Shown: positions 1-9,856, counted from the first letter of the stretch. The stretch: 42,595 nucleotides of DNA from an uncultured bacterium (GCA_964448115.1 CAYUVA010000041.1:1-42595), one strand, 5' to 3'. Notes: generated by a model not told the origin, from the sequence alone. Numbers and translations are program-made.

Positions 1-91
1 TATCACCTTATCACTTTATCACTTCCCGTGATTACTGTATTCCTGCCGGAGTTTACCCCGCCCTTGATGCGGGGCTGGAATGACATGGAGG
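1..91 (-). repeat. REP/MITE-like palindromic repeat (TGTCATTCC...GGAATMCAG type) fused to tandem 8-mer TATCACTT units
   Basis: The minus strand reads TGTCATTCC-AGCCCCGCATCAAGGGCGGGG-TAAACT-CCGGCAGGAATACAG, then AAGTGATA-like units x3 (positions 1-24). A related copy lies at 41735-41818 on the opposite strand. Confidence 0.65.
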
Positions 92-248
92 TGCCGGTTA
101 GCGAAACAAATCTTATGTCAATAATAGCCCCCATCCCCACCTATTCGGGGGGCATGAAAATTATGACTCGTGAAAGTGTGCTATCTTTAGGTAAGTAATC
201 TAAAGATTTTTTCTTATCCTGAAAGGGCGAATCATAACCACGCCTTGC

Positions 249-2792
249 TTAATCCTTGACCTCTAATCCGGGCCAGGCTATGCGAGCCGCCTCGCTGTCA
301 GAGGCATAAATATCGACCAGGAAACTCTGTGCTGCCGTACCACGTGGTATTTGAAAGGTGGCACCATAAATGCCATTCCCTGCCATGCCATCGTCCGACT
401 GTCCGTTATCCCAGAGGGTAACTCCGATCGGCTGTCCCTGGTAGTATAATTGCAGGCTGCGCTGCTCGGACTGAGGATTGAAGATTGGGTAAGCCATGAC
501 CTGCACGGTGCCGCCATAGCGCCCGATTATCCTCGTATCCCACCAGCCAGCTAAGCGCACCGATGGCAGTTCCTCCTCGTAGGGAACCATGGTATTGGTC
601 GGCTGTGGCGTTGCCGTATCCTGTGGGGTTGGTGTGGGAGTGAATGTATCATCGCCCGGCGATGTGGGAGTAGGAGTCGCCGTATTTACAGGCGGTGATG
701 TCGGAGTATCGGTCGGTGTGGATGTGTGCGCCTGCTGGGTGGGCGTGCGAGTGGGGGTTTTGGTAGGTGGCAATGGCGTGGGCGTATCGGTAGCTGGCGC
801 TCCCTGGCACTCGATGGATAAATGATAGCTCCCCTCAGCGCCATGATAGCCATCGATGACTATATAGTAGATACCGCCCGAGTCATCGGTGATCTCCGCC
901 TGCTCATCGCCGGTCTCTGCTGAAAAATCGATACAAGCCTGGGGATCGCAGGCATCGAGGATAAACAGATCCAGGTCCCCGCCCTGTATATCGCTAACCG
1001 TGATAATCGCAGTGAGTCCAGGGGCAAGCTCTAGCTCATATAGATCCTCTGCACCGCTCTCGGTATAGGGTGCACAACTGTAGGAATTGACGAGATTGAC
1101 GCCACCGGTCGTATCCCCATCAACCTCATCGCCGCAGCTAATTTGCACTGCCGTATCGCAGAAATCACCCGGAGTATCGGTCGGCGTGGGCGTGGGACCG
1201 CTGGGAGTACCGGTTGCCGTAGGGGTCGGGGTGCGAGTCGGGGTATTGGTCGGGTTTATCGGTGTAGGTGTGCTGGTTGGCGTTCGAATCGGTGTATAAG
1301 ATGGATTCAGCGTCGGCGTTTGCGTCGGTGTGCGAGTCGGGGTTCTGGTGAAGGTCGGGGTTGGTGTTCTGGTAGGTGTCCTGGTGAAGGTGGGGGTGGG
1401 AGTCCGGGTAGCTGTCCTGGTCGGAGTCGGGGTTTGCTGGGAGCCGCTGCACTGGATGGAGAGATTAAAGGTACCAACTGCACCGTTAAAGCCATCTATG
1501 ACTATATAATAAGTGCCGGCGTTAATCGACTGGACGGTTATCTGTTCATTGCCCGTGGTCGTGCTTTCCTCGATGCAGGTGGCTGGATCGCACTCGGAAA
1601 GCAAGAATAAATCGAGATCCCCGCCCTGGATGTCGGTCATGCTTATAGTTACATCAGCCCCCTGCTCAAAGGTTATCTCGCAGACCACCTCGGGAGCGGG
1701 GTAACTGTAATCCACGCAACTATAGCTCTCGGCATAGTTTTGTCCATTCTGAGAATCGCCATTATAACTCGCATTACACTCCACCTGGTTGACATCGGAG
1801 CAGAAATCTTCCTGGGTCGGTGTAGGCGTTGGAGTCGATGTGGGACCGCCCGGTGTGGGCGTGCGGGTTGGTGTATTAGTCGGAGGTGGCGCTCCCTGGA
1901 GCACGATCGCTATCTGTCCTGGATAGTTATCGGCGATCTGCGGATGCTGGTTGCTCTGGTAGTTAACCACCCGCGGGTAGGTATAATCGTAGCTCTCCTC
2001 GGCAGAGACATCGTTGTTATTGTTGGAGTCGGCGGTGAGATCATCCAACCCTTGCAGTAGATAGTAAGAGAAGACCCCATGAGCGAGTGCGGGATACTCA
2101 TAGGAATATTCATCGGCTCGGCAAGCGGTAACTATCACGCAGTTGGAGATATTGCCGGGATCCTTTGCATTCTTGGCATCGATAGCCTTTTTTATATCCT
2201 TCTCCAAGCCATCATCCGGTTTCAAGGGGCACTGGAGAGGATTCTCTGGCTTGTGAAAGGTTCTCACCTGCCATTCTTCCTGCTTGCTGCCATCGATCAT
2301 ACCGCCGCTATGGCAGGTATCGACCAGCATCACAAACCTCGCCCCAGATGGCATATATTGCTGGATATAGCTCGCCAATGTATCATCCAGCAGCTCAGTA
2401 TCGTAGCAGACCAGGGTCTCGTCATAGCCATCGCTCTCATCATAAGGGGATTGATCGCTGGTGTAGTTGCCGTGGCTGGAGTGGAAGTATAAGAATGTAT
2501 CCCCAGAGCTGCCGGCGTTGAACATGTTAACCAGGGCGTTGAGGATGTTTTGTCTTGTCGCCTGCGAGTCGAGCAGAAGCTGTATGTTACCGCTGCTCCA
2601 TATCGAGGAATAGGACAGAAGCATGGCTCGCATCTCAATCGCGTCATCGTCTGTGTAGTTGAGATCGTTCCAGTACCCCGGATAGTCCGCGATGCCGACA
2701 ATAACCGCACGATAGGCTGATGAGGCTAACTGGGGAGTTAACATCATCAACAGGGTGCAGAGCACAAGCGTAACCGATGCATAATATTTCAT
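249..2792 (-). CDS. Secreted caspase-family (C14, metacaspase-like) peptidase with two PPC-like Cys-containing beta domains, Pro/Thr linkers and a conserved C-terminal domain
   Basis: Start placed at ATG 2792 (AAGAAGGA upstream, signal peptide [26 protein letters not shown]); the ORF track extends to 2933. Motifs: [18 protein letters not shown] (His), [18 protein letters not shown] (Cys), [15 protein letters not shown]. Duplicated [10 protein letters not shown]...YYIVIDG domains follow. Confidence 0.9.
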   Translation of the reverse strand: MKYYASVTLVLCTLLMMLTPQLASSAYRAVIVGIADYPGYWNDLNYTDDDAIEMRAMLLSYSSIWSSGNIQLLLDSQATRQNILNALVNMFNAGSSGDTFLYFHSSHGNYTSDQSPYDESDGYDETLVCYDTELLDDTLASYIQQYMPSGARFVMLVDTCHSGGMIDGSKQEEWQVRTFHKPENPLQCPLKPDDGLEKDIKKAIDAKNAKDPGNISNCVIVTACRADEYSYEYPALAHGVFSYYLLQGLDDLTADSNNNNDVSAEESYDYTYPRVVNYQSNQHPQIADNYPGQIAIVLQGAPPPTNTPTRTPTPGGPTSTPTPTPTQEDFCSDVNQVECNASYNGDSQNGQNYAESYSCVDYSYPAPEVVCEITFEQGADVTISMTDIQGGDLDLFLLSECDPATCIEESTTTGNEQITVQSINAGTYYIVIDGFNGAVGTFNLSIQCSGSQQTPTPTRTATRTPTPTFTRTPTRTPTPTFTRTPTRTPTQTPTLNPSYTPIRTPTSTPTPINPTNTPTRTPTPTATGTPSGPTPTPTDTPGDFCDTAVQISCGDEVDGDTTGGVNLVNSYSCAPYTESGAEDLYELELAPGLTAIITVSDIQGGDLDLFILDACDPQACIDFSAETGDEQAEITDDSGGIYYIVIDGYHGAEGSYHLSIECQGAPATDTPTPLPPTKTPTRTPTQQAHTSTPTDTPTSPPVNTATPTPTSPGDDTFTPTPTPQDTATPQPTNTMVPYEEELPSVRLAGWWDTRIIGRYGGTVQVMAYPIFNPQSEQRSLQLYYQGQPIGVTLWDNGQSDDGMAGNGIYGATFQIPRGTAAQSFLVDIYASDSEAARIAWPGLEVKD
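1170..1436 (-). repeat. Pro/Thr-rich coding repeats ([12 protein letters not shown]-type) in the metacaspase linker
   Basis: Translation [41 protein letters not shown]; near-tandem 36-nt units around 1325-1400. Confidence 0.85.
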
Positions 2793-3035
2793 AGATCGCA
2801 TATCCTTCTTGATCTCCAATTTACTTCCATGAAGAGACTTCATATTCTTTTGTTTAATCCTGTTTAATGCACATGTCAACCAGACACATGATTTCCTACA
2901 TACATATCGTAATCGAAGGACATTTCCTTTCACAGCGTGTTTGATAAGTCAGGGGTAGATATTATCAATTTATGCCTTGATCTGTTAATCTATAGTTATG
3001 TAAACACAAGGTTCTGATAAGCCTTAGGAGATGCT

Positions 3036-3707
3036 ATGAGCAAGGATTACCAGATAAGTAAGCTAGATAAGCCTGAATCGTGGCGCATTTTTCGGATCAT
3101 CGCGGACTTCGTGCAGGGCTTTGATGTACTCCCGCTCTACTCGCCTTCGGTTACCGTCTTCGGTTCCTCGCGCATAAAGCCGAATAGCAAGTATTACAAG
3201 CTCGGTGAGGAGTTGGGCAAAGCCTTGGCTGAGAACGGCTTCGCTGTCATCAGCGGAGGCGGACCAGGAGTAATGGAAGCTGCCAATAAAGGGGCATTCG
3301 ACGCAGGGGGCAAATCAGTCGGCTTAAATATCGAGCTTCCCATGGAACAAGAGGGGAATCCATACTGCCATCTCTCGATCAGCTTCCATTATTTCTTTGT
3401 ACGCAAGGTGATGCTGGTGAAGTATGCCACCGCCTTTGTTCTGCTTCCTGGTGGGTTCGGCACCCTGGATGAGTTCTTCGAGACCACCATGCTCATCCAG
3501 ACCTACAAGATCTATCCATTCCCGGTGATCCTGGTGGGTAGGGAGTTCTGGAGCGGATTAGTCGATTGGATCTACGAGAAGATCATCTCCGATGGTTACG
3601 CGGACCCGGAACATGGTCTCATCTTCAAGATGGTCGATTCTGTACAAGAGGTGGTGGATATCGTAAAGGATCACTACCGCAAGATGACCAGTGCATCTAG
3701 GAAATAA
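3036..3707 (+). CDS. LOG family (TIGR00730-like) Rossmann-fold nucleotide phosphoribohydrolase
   Basis: VTVFGSSR, SGGGPGVMEAANKGA, FFVRKVMLVKY, PGGFGTLDE motifs; AGGAG RBS. Confidence 0.93.
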   Translation: MSKDYQISKLDKPESWRIFRIIADFVQGFDVLPLYSPSVTVFGSSRIKPNSKYYKLGEELGKALAENGFAVISGGGPGVMEAANKGAFDAGGKSVGLNIELPMEQEGNPYCHLSISFHYFFVRKVMLVKYATAFVLLPGGFGTLDEFFETTMLIQTYKIYPFPVILVGREFWSGLVDWIYEKIISDGYADPEHGLIFKMVDSVQEVVDIVKDHYRKMTSASRK

Positions 3708-3786
3708 ACTGATAATTGGAAAGAGCACCTTGCATAAATAATTGCATTTTGGGTTTAGAAGAATATACTTGCCAGGCAATTATGCA

Positions 3787-5088
3787 ATGCCCGAAACCAT
3801 GAGTGTTAAAAAAGTACTTGTCTTTGTAGCTGATGCCTATCCTTTACCCAACTCTATGTGTAGCGGAGCTGGGCTTCGGGCTTATGGGTTAGTAGAGGGA
3901 TTGCGCGCAAAGGGGCATGAGGTGATCGTCTCCTTGCCCCGCATCATGGCTGATAGGCATCAACTGCCCGCGCAGTTAAAACAGGATGTCTGGAGCGCCT
4001 ACAACCAGGGCGCAATAATCGAGCAGAACAAGCCAGATGTGGTCATCTTCTGCCACTGGCCGGCGGTGGTAGTGGACAGGATCGAGCTGCCAGCGGTCAT
4101 CGATCTGCATGGTCCACATATCCTGGAGCGTGAGTATCAATCTCACGGAAACCTTCGGATAAACCGGGCGGCAAAGCTCAACGCCCTGAGAAAGGCTGAT
4201 TTCTTCACCTGCGCCGGCGACCTGCAGCGGGCTTATTTTACCTCGTGGCTGATCAATGCCGGCTTCCAAGAACCTGAAAAAATCATAAAGACGGTCCATG
4301 TCAGCCTATCGCCACGGTTGCCAGAGACCAACTGGGATGAAAAAAGCGTTCGCTTCCTCTATGGCGGAATACATCTGCCCTGGCAAGATCCATCAATCGC
4401 GATGAGAGCTACCGCCGATGCGCTTAAAGAAGCTACCCGACAGGGGAAAAAAGGTGAGTTGCACATATTCGGCTCCAGGCATCCGTTTCATAATATAAAT
4501 CAGGGGATCTTCTCTAACATCCAAGGTTGGTTCAAGGATGATCCCAACATCAAGCTCCACGAGACCATCCCGCGCGATGAGTTGCTTGAATTCTACTCCA
4601 GGGGGCACTGTGCGCTCGACCTCATGGCATACAACCTGGAGCGTGAGCTCGCTTTCACCACCAGGACAGTCGAGTATTTATGGTGTGGATTGCCGGTGAT
4701 ATACAACGATTATTCAGAATTGAGCCAATATATCAATGGCTACAAGGCGGGATGGACACTTCCACCCAACGACGAGCAGATGATCAAAGAGACCATCTTT
4801 TCCATCGCCAGGGATCCCGAGATATTGATCGAGAGATCTTGCAATGCTCAGAAGCTAGTCTCCGAGAGGTTTACCTGGGATAAGACCATAGAGCCGCTGC
4901 ATCGCTTCTGCCTTGCTCCCTTCAAGGTAGAGGCATTGGATCATTTCGGCTCTGCTTTGGAAGGAAACATTTATCCAAGCCCGGTCAGCTATTGGGATCG
5001 TGCCCGATTTTACCTGCGCACAGAAGGGATTGCCGGCTTGATCAAACACTCGCGAAATTTCATATTCCGCAAGCTAAGAGGTCGTTAA
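3787..5088 (+). CDS. Glycosyltransferase, GT-B fold (family 4-like)
   Basis: N-terminal GAGLRA...L...GHEV; C-terminal TRTVEYLWCGLPVI and FTW motif. Start uncertain (ATG 3787 or 3799; ORF open from 3742). Confidence 0.85.
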   Translation: MPETMSVKKVLVFVADAYPLPNSMCSGAGLRAYGLVEGLRAKGHEVIVSLPRIMADRHQLPAQLKQDVWSAYNQGAIIEQNKPDVVIFCHWPAVVVDRIELPAVIDLHGPHILEREYQSHGNLRINRAAKLNALRKADFFTCAGDLQRAYFTSWLINAGFQEPEKIIKTVHVSLSPRLPETNWDEKSVRFLYGGIHLPWQDPSIAMRATADALKEATRQGKKGELHIFGSRHPFHNINQGIFSNIQGWFKDDPNIKLHETIPRDELLEFYSRGHCALDLMAYNLERELAFTTRTVEYLWCGLPVIYNDYSELSQYINGYKAGWTLPPNDEQMIKETIFSIARDPEILIERSCNAQKLVSERFTWDKTIEPLHRFCLAPFKVEALDHFGSALEGNIYPSPVSYWDRARFYLRTEGIAGLIKHSRNFIFRKLRGR

Positions 5089-5091
5089 GAA

Positions 5092-6408
5092 ATGAACTCG
5101 CCAGCCATTATTCTTCGTGGTGTAACCAAGGAGTTTCGCATCTATCAAGAACGCAACTTCAACCTCAAGCATTCTTTTCTTGCTTGGATGAAAGGCAAAC
5201 GAGGCAGATACGAGACATTCCTGGCACTTCAGGATATCGATCTCACCGTTTTAAGGGGCGAAACACTCGGACTCACCGGCGCCAATGGCTCAGGAAAAAG
5301 CACGCTTCTGAAGATAATCGCTCGCATATTACAGCCCAATCGAGGGAGCATACAGATAAAGGGCAAGATATCATCATTGCTCGAACTGGGGGCTGGATTT
5401 CATCACGAGCTATCCGGAAGAGAAAATATCTACTTGAACAGCTCCATATTAGGCTTTAATCGCAGACAGATAAAGGATCGCATAGAAAAGATCATCCAAT
5501 TCTCCGGGCTGGAGCGCTTTATCGATGCCCCAGTAAAGACCTACTCTTCCGGTATGTATATGCGCCTGGGCTTCTCCATAGCCATAAATGTTGACCCGGA
5601 TATCCTGCTTATCGATGAGATCCTCGCCGTGGGAGATGAGGCTTTCCAGAATAAATGCAAGGAGAAGATAAGACAGTTCCAGGCTCAAGGAAAGACCATA
5701 ATCATCGTAACTCACGATATGACTAGCATGAAAGCATTGTGCCACAGGGCTTTGCTGCTTGACCGAGGTGTTATCGTCGAGCAGGGAGAGCCTGAAAGAG
5801 TGGCTCAATGCTATCATCAACTAGCCGGTGGAAACCATCAGGCTAGCAGTAACAACAGTTGCTTTCAACATCCCCCTGATTCGAGTGTCAAGACAAGCGA
5901 TTTACCACCACCAGAGCCTTCACAAGAACCGAGGCTCCCCGGTTATGAGCATTATCTCGATCAATCAAAGCCACGCCAATTCGGCGATATGCGAGCTAGG
6001 ATAGTAAAGGTAACCTTAGAGGATGCTAATGGCGTAGCCAAGACCATCTTCAAGCCCGATGAGAGCATGGTGGTAAGAATTGAATACGATCTTGGAGATA
6101 TTAGGCAGCCAACCTTTGGGGCTGCAATACATCACAGCCTGGGATTGCTGGTAACCGGACCCAACACTCGATTGGATGGCAATAATACGCTTGATATCCC
6201 CCAAAAAGGGGAGGTGCGATTGCTAATAGAATACCTCGGCTTAAGGGACGGTAAATATTTTTTAAGCGTTGCCATATACGACAAGGAGGCTACCACTCCC
6301 CATCACCATATTCACAAAGGCTACGGCTTCACGGTAGTGGATTCATGCAAGGAACATAGGCATGGGGTGGTCTCGCTTCGGCATCGATGGGAGTTGCCGG
6401 AAAGATAG
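5092..6408 (+). CDS. wzt: Polysaccharide/O-antigen ABC exporter ATP-binding subunit with C-terminal carbohydrate-binding domain
   Basis: Walker A GANGSGKST, LELGAGFHHELSGREN, YSSGM signature, LLIDEILAVGD, and a C-terminal beta-sandwich extension. Confidence 0.92.
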   Translation: MNSPAIILRGVTKEFRIYQERNFNLKHSFLAWMKGKRGRYETFLALQDIDLTVLRGETLGLTGANGSGKSTLLKIIARILQPNRGSIQIKGKISSLLELGAGFHHELSGRENIYLNSSILGFNRRQIKDRIEKIIQFSGLERFIDAPVKTYSSGMYMRLGFSIAINVDPDILLIDEILAVGDEAFQNKCKEKIRQFQAQGKTIIIVTHDMTSMKALCHRALLLDRGVIVEQGEPERVAQCYHQLAGGNHQASSNNSCFQHPPDSSVKTSDLPPPEPSQEPRLPGYEHYLDQSKPRQFGDMRARIVKVTLEDANGVAKTIFKPDESMVVRIEYDLGDIRQPTFGAAIHHSLGLLVTGPNTRLDGNNTLDIPQKGEVRLLIEYLGLRDGKYFLSVAIYDKEATTPHHHIHKGYGFTVVDSCKEHRHGVVSLRHRWELPER

Positions 6409-6438
6409 AATATAGCGGCGCCTTGATCAAAGCTTATT

Positions 6439-7359
6439 ATGCAGGTTTCCGAGAACATCCTTCGTGATATTGCCAGGCTCGTTGTTTGGTATCCCTTTCG
6501 ATGGCTGGTGTCCTTGCTCCCCTTGAGGATAGCGCTTGGATTATTCAGGCTTCTCGCTAAAATTGACCGTGCATTCGCTGCGGGCAAAAGACATAGACTA
6601 CAGGATGCATTGCAGCGCTCGAATCTATCCTGGGAAGACTCTGAGGGAATCGATTCGGTTATTCGGCGCTGCTTCGAGACTCACTACCAGGATCGACTGG
6701 TAATCTTTTGTTATCCGAGGCTCAACCCTCATCAACTGGATGAAGTGCTAAGCATCGAGGGGATTGAGCACCTGGAGGCAGCGCTATCAAGGAAGAAGGG
6801 GGCTATAATACTGCAACCACACTTCGGTATTGTGCAATTACCCCTGTTTTCTCTAGCCTTCAAGGGATACAAGATCGTCCAGGTAGGCTATTTGCGCGCT
6901 GAAAATCTAAGCAGAATCGGCTATCGAGTGGCATTCAAGCATCGCCAGCGGCTGGAGGGACACATTCCAGCGAAAATGCTTGCAGCGGATAAATATCCTA
7001 GGGAATTGCATCGAAGCCTGGCTATGAACCAGGTTGTTTTTCTTAGCGGCGATGGCACCGGTGGCGGTCGCTGGATTGGAGAATATCGAGTAAAAAAACT
7101 GCTCGGAGTGGACCATCCATTTCCAGTTGGGGCATATAAGCTGGCACGCAGCAGCGGGGCTTCATTGATCTTTGCTTCCATGATGCCGACCGATAGAAAG
7201 GGGAGCTATATCTTTCGCCTGGCAGCACCAATAACGGTAGGCGAGGATATCGAGCCGGCTCTCGAATCCTTCATCTCGTTCTTCGAGGGTATTCTGAGCA
7301 GCCACCCCTGGCTATGGCACTTCTGGGATGAGTATCCCCCGGGGGTATCGATGGTATGA
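6439..7359 (+). CDS. Lipid A lauroyl/myristoyl acyltransferase-like (LpxL/HtrB family) protein
   Basis: IEGIEHLEAALSRKKGAIILQPHFG, GAYKLARSSGA, HPWLWHFW C-terminal motif. The catalytic H-x4-D/E reads HFGIVQ. Confidence 0.78.
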   Translation: MQVSENILRDIARLVVWYPFRWLVSLLPLRIALGLFRLLAKIDRAFAAGKRHRLQDALQRSNLSWEDSEGIDSVIRRCFETHYQDRLVIFCYPRLNPHQLDEVLSIEGIEHLEAALSRKKGAIILQPHFGIVQLPLFSLAFKGYKIVQVGYLRAENLSRIGYRVAFKHRQRLEGHIPAKMLAADKYPRELHRSLAMNQVVFLSGDGTGGGRWIGEYRVKKLLGVDHPFPVGAYKLARSSGASLIFASMMPTDRKGSYIFRLAAPITVGEDIEPALESFISFFEGILSSHPWLWHFWDEYPPGVSMV

Positions 7360-8378
7360 TCGGCTTTATCAGGCGAAACATTGGGCTTTGGGTCGGCATC
7401 CCGGTCAGCCTCGTATGCCTGTTTTTAGCCTTCAGGGGAGTGAACCTGGGGGAGCTAAAGCGAATCCTTGGCTCTTGCAGCATTTCCTGGCTTATACTTT
7501 CAATATTTCTTCAGGCAGTGCAACTTTTGGTTAAGGGTTGGCGCTGGCAGTATTTGTTGAATCCGTTTGAGCGCATCAGGGTAACCGAGCTTACCGAGAT
7601 ATATACCATAAGCCTGATGGTTAACGATACATTGCCCGGGAAGCTGGGGGAGATGGCAAAAGCAGCCATAACCGGCAATCGCTATCGAGTCTCGGTGGCG
7701 ACCGTTTTCTCCACCATAATAATCGAGCGCTTCTTAGATGTGGTATTTATCATGCTCTGCCTGGGGTATGTGCTTTGGCGGAGCATTATCCCGATGCAGT
7801 TGGGAGAGATCAGCCTGAACAAGCCTATTTTAGGAGTAATGCTCATCATAATGTCTGTGATATTGCTTGCTATTTTTTCTCAAAACCTATCTGATAGCCT
7901 GATAAAACTACCTTCCAATAAGCCAACAAAAGGCTTTGCAAAGGTAAAGTACGATCTGCTCAAGGGGCTGGTCGATCTCAAGCGAGCCTTCAAGCCTAAG
8001 GTATATGGCTATAACCTTCTTGGAGCATGGATCAGTACCGCCTTGGGTTGGCTGCTTATCGTGTTGAGCACTTTATGCGTATTTCGCGCCTTTGATGGTC
8101 TTAATCTCGGCTTGGATGCTGCTTTTTTGGTCATTGTGGTTACTGCCTTTAGCATGATGATTCCATCATCGCCAGGCTATGTCGGCACCTATCACTGGAT
8201 GGCTATAGAGACATTCAAGTACCTGGGGGTTGGCGAGAGCACTGCGGCTGCGCTTGCCGTGGTAATGCACGCATCCTGGTTTCTCCTGGAGGTCTCGCTG
8301 GGGATCGTATTTTCCTTTAAGCTGAGCCTCAAATTCAGCGAGCTATACAAGGTAGCAGATCACGATGCCTCTCATTGA
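7356..8378 (+). CDS. Lysylphosphatidylglycerol synthase TM / flippase-like (UPF0104) membrane protein
   Basis: RWQYLL, NDTLPGKLGE, IIERFLD, PSSPGYVGTYH motifs and multiple TM segments; overlaps the upstream stop (ATGA). Confidence 0.88.
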   Translation: MIGFIRRNIGLWVGIPVSLVCLFLAFRGVNLGELKRILGSCSISWLILSIFLQAVQLLVKGWRWQYLLNPFERIRVTELTEIYTISLMVNDTLPGKLGEMAKAAITGNRYRVSVATVFSTIIIERFLDVVFIMLCLGYVLWRSIIPMQLGEISLNKPILGVMLIIMSVILLAIFSQNLSDSLIKLPSNKPTKGFAKVKYDLLKGLVDLKRAFKPKVYGYNLLGAWISTALGWLLIVLSTLCVFRAFDGLNLGLDAAFLVIVVTAFSMMIPSSPGYVGTYHWMAIETFKYLGVGESTAAALAVVMHASWFLLEVSLGIVFSFKLSLKFSELYKVADHDASH

Positions 8379-8457
8379 CTAAAGCATTGTTGGCGTCTAG
8401 AATAAAACAAACAAGCTAATCAGCGGTTCGTATTTTAATAAAAAACAGGAGAGATAA

Positions 8458-9792
8458 ATGGCTGATGTAATCATAGCCGGTGCTGGCGTTGGCGGTTGCG
8501 TCCTGGGTGCTAAACTGGCAGCTAAAGGGTTGCAAGTTGTGCTTCTCGATTCAAAGTCAAGGGAAGAGCTGGGACACGATTGGTCTGACTCCATAGAGAA
8601 AAGGGCGTTCAAGATCGCTGGCATCCCCCTTCCGACCGAGGCGGAGATGACCGTCGGCGTGCACAGACTGGTGGTTAACTCACCAAGTGGGCGCTCGGTG
8701 AAGCTGATCGAGCCTTATCCGTATTACATAATAGACCGCAGGGCAATGGCTAAAAGGCTGCTCGATTGGGCACTCGAAGCCGGCGCCGACTTCATCGATA
8801 ATGCAAGGGTTACCTCGCTTAGAACAGAGGACCAAGAGGTCGTAGGCGTCAACCTGAAGCAAGGCGATAGGTATAAAAAGATGGAGGCTGACCTGGTGGT
8901 CGATGCCACTGGCTTCGAGGGGGTACTCAGAAGATCCCTCCCAGTGGATGCTGGCATCGAGAGCCATCCTGTCGCTGATTCCGATCACGCCATCGCATAT
9001 CGAGAGGTGCGCGAGTACAAACCGACTGCGCTCGAATTCACCAGGGGGGAAATGAACTACTACTATGGAGTACACAAGGGCTATTGCTGGATAAACCTGG
9101 AGTCTGAAAACGCCGTGGATGTGGGAGGAGGATTCCCCAATATTCCAGGCATCCCTGATATTAAGGAATACATACTTGAAAAGATAAAAAGCTACTCGTT
9201 CATTACCCAAAAGAAACTAAGGGGAGGCGGGGGACCGGTTGTAACTCGCAAGGCGCTATACAACTTTGTGGCTAACGGATTCGTGGTGCTAGGCGATGCA
9301 GCCTGCCAGTCCGTGCCCTTGAACGGTTGCAACTGCGGAACCATCATGATCGCTGCCCATATCGCATCGAAAGCGATATGTAGCGCCCTTTTTAGCGGTA
9401 AAAGAGATATCAGCGGTCTATGGCGCTATAATGTCGATTACCAAAGGGGCAAGGGAGCGATCCTGGCTGCTATGGATGCCATGAGGATAGCCTTCCAATC
9501 GTTCGCTCAAGATGAGATCGCCGAACTCATGGATAGAGATATAATTACTGCCAGGCAGCTCGCCCAGAATTTCAATATCCAACCGATGAGCATTACCTTG
9601 GGCGACAGGATAAACTCCTTGCTGAGAGGGATAACCCGGCTGGATCTGCTAAAAAGGCTAAACAAGGCGAGCTGCACTGCACAAAGCATATATCGCCATT
9701 ACCAGCTATACCCGTTGAGCTATGATATGGAGGCTTTCCAGGCATGGTGCAGACGCGCTGATGAGCTATTCGATAGCCTGACACAAGGCTAA
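8458..9792 (+). CDS. Geranylgeranyl reductase-family FAD-dependent oxidoreductase
   Basis: GAGVGG dinucleotide-binding motif, IDR, VVDATG, KGYCW, GDAACQSVPLNG; AGGAG RBS. Confidence 0.8.
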   Translation: MADVIIAGAGVGGCVLGAKLAAKGLQVVLLDSKSREELGHDWSDSIEKRAFKIAGIPLPTEAEMTVGVHRLVVNSPSGRSVKLIEPYPYYIIDRRAMAKRLLDWALEAGADFIDNARVTSLRTEDQEVVGVNLKQGDRYKKMEADLVVDATGFEGVLRRSLPVDAGIESHPVADSDHAIAYREVREYKPTALEFTRGEMNYYYGVHKGYCWINLESENAVDVGGGFPNIPGIPDIKEYILEKIKSYSFITQKKLRGGGGPVVTRKALYNFVANGFVVLGDAACQSVPLNGCNCGTIMIAAHIASKAICSALFSGKRDISGLWRYNVDYQRGKGAILAAMDAMRIAFQSFAQDEIAELMDRDIITARQLAQNFNIQPMSITLGDRINSLLRGITRLDLLKRLNKASCTAQSIYRHYQLYPLSYDMEAFQAWCRRADELFDSLTQG

Positions 9793-9856
9793 TCTGGCTT
9801 GCTTTTGAGGTGAAATTGGATTATCTTTAGCGATGTTTGAAAGGATCGAGCAGCAT

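Noticed and set aside
589-1704. Gly/Val-rich + strand ORFs (589-825, 1087-1299, 1143-1610; also 23617-23865)
   Set aside because: They are antisense shadows of the Pro/Thr linkers of real minus-strand genes.
2793-2933. 47-aa N-terminal extension of the metacaspase ORF
   Set aside because: It is AT-rich promoter-like DNA; the SD and signal peptide fit a start at 2792 (or 2801).
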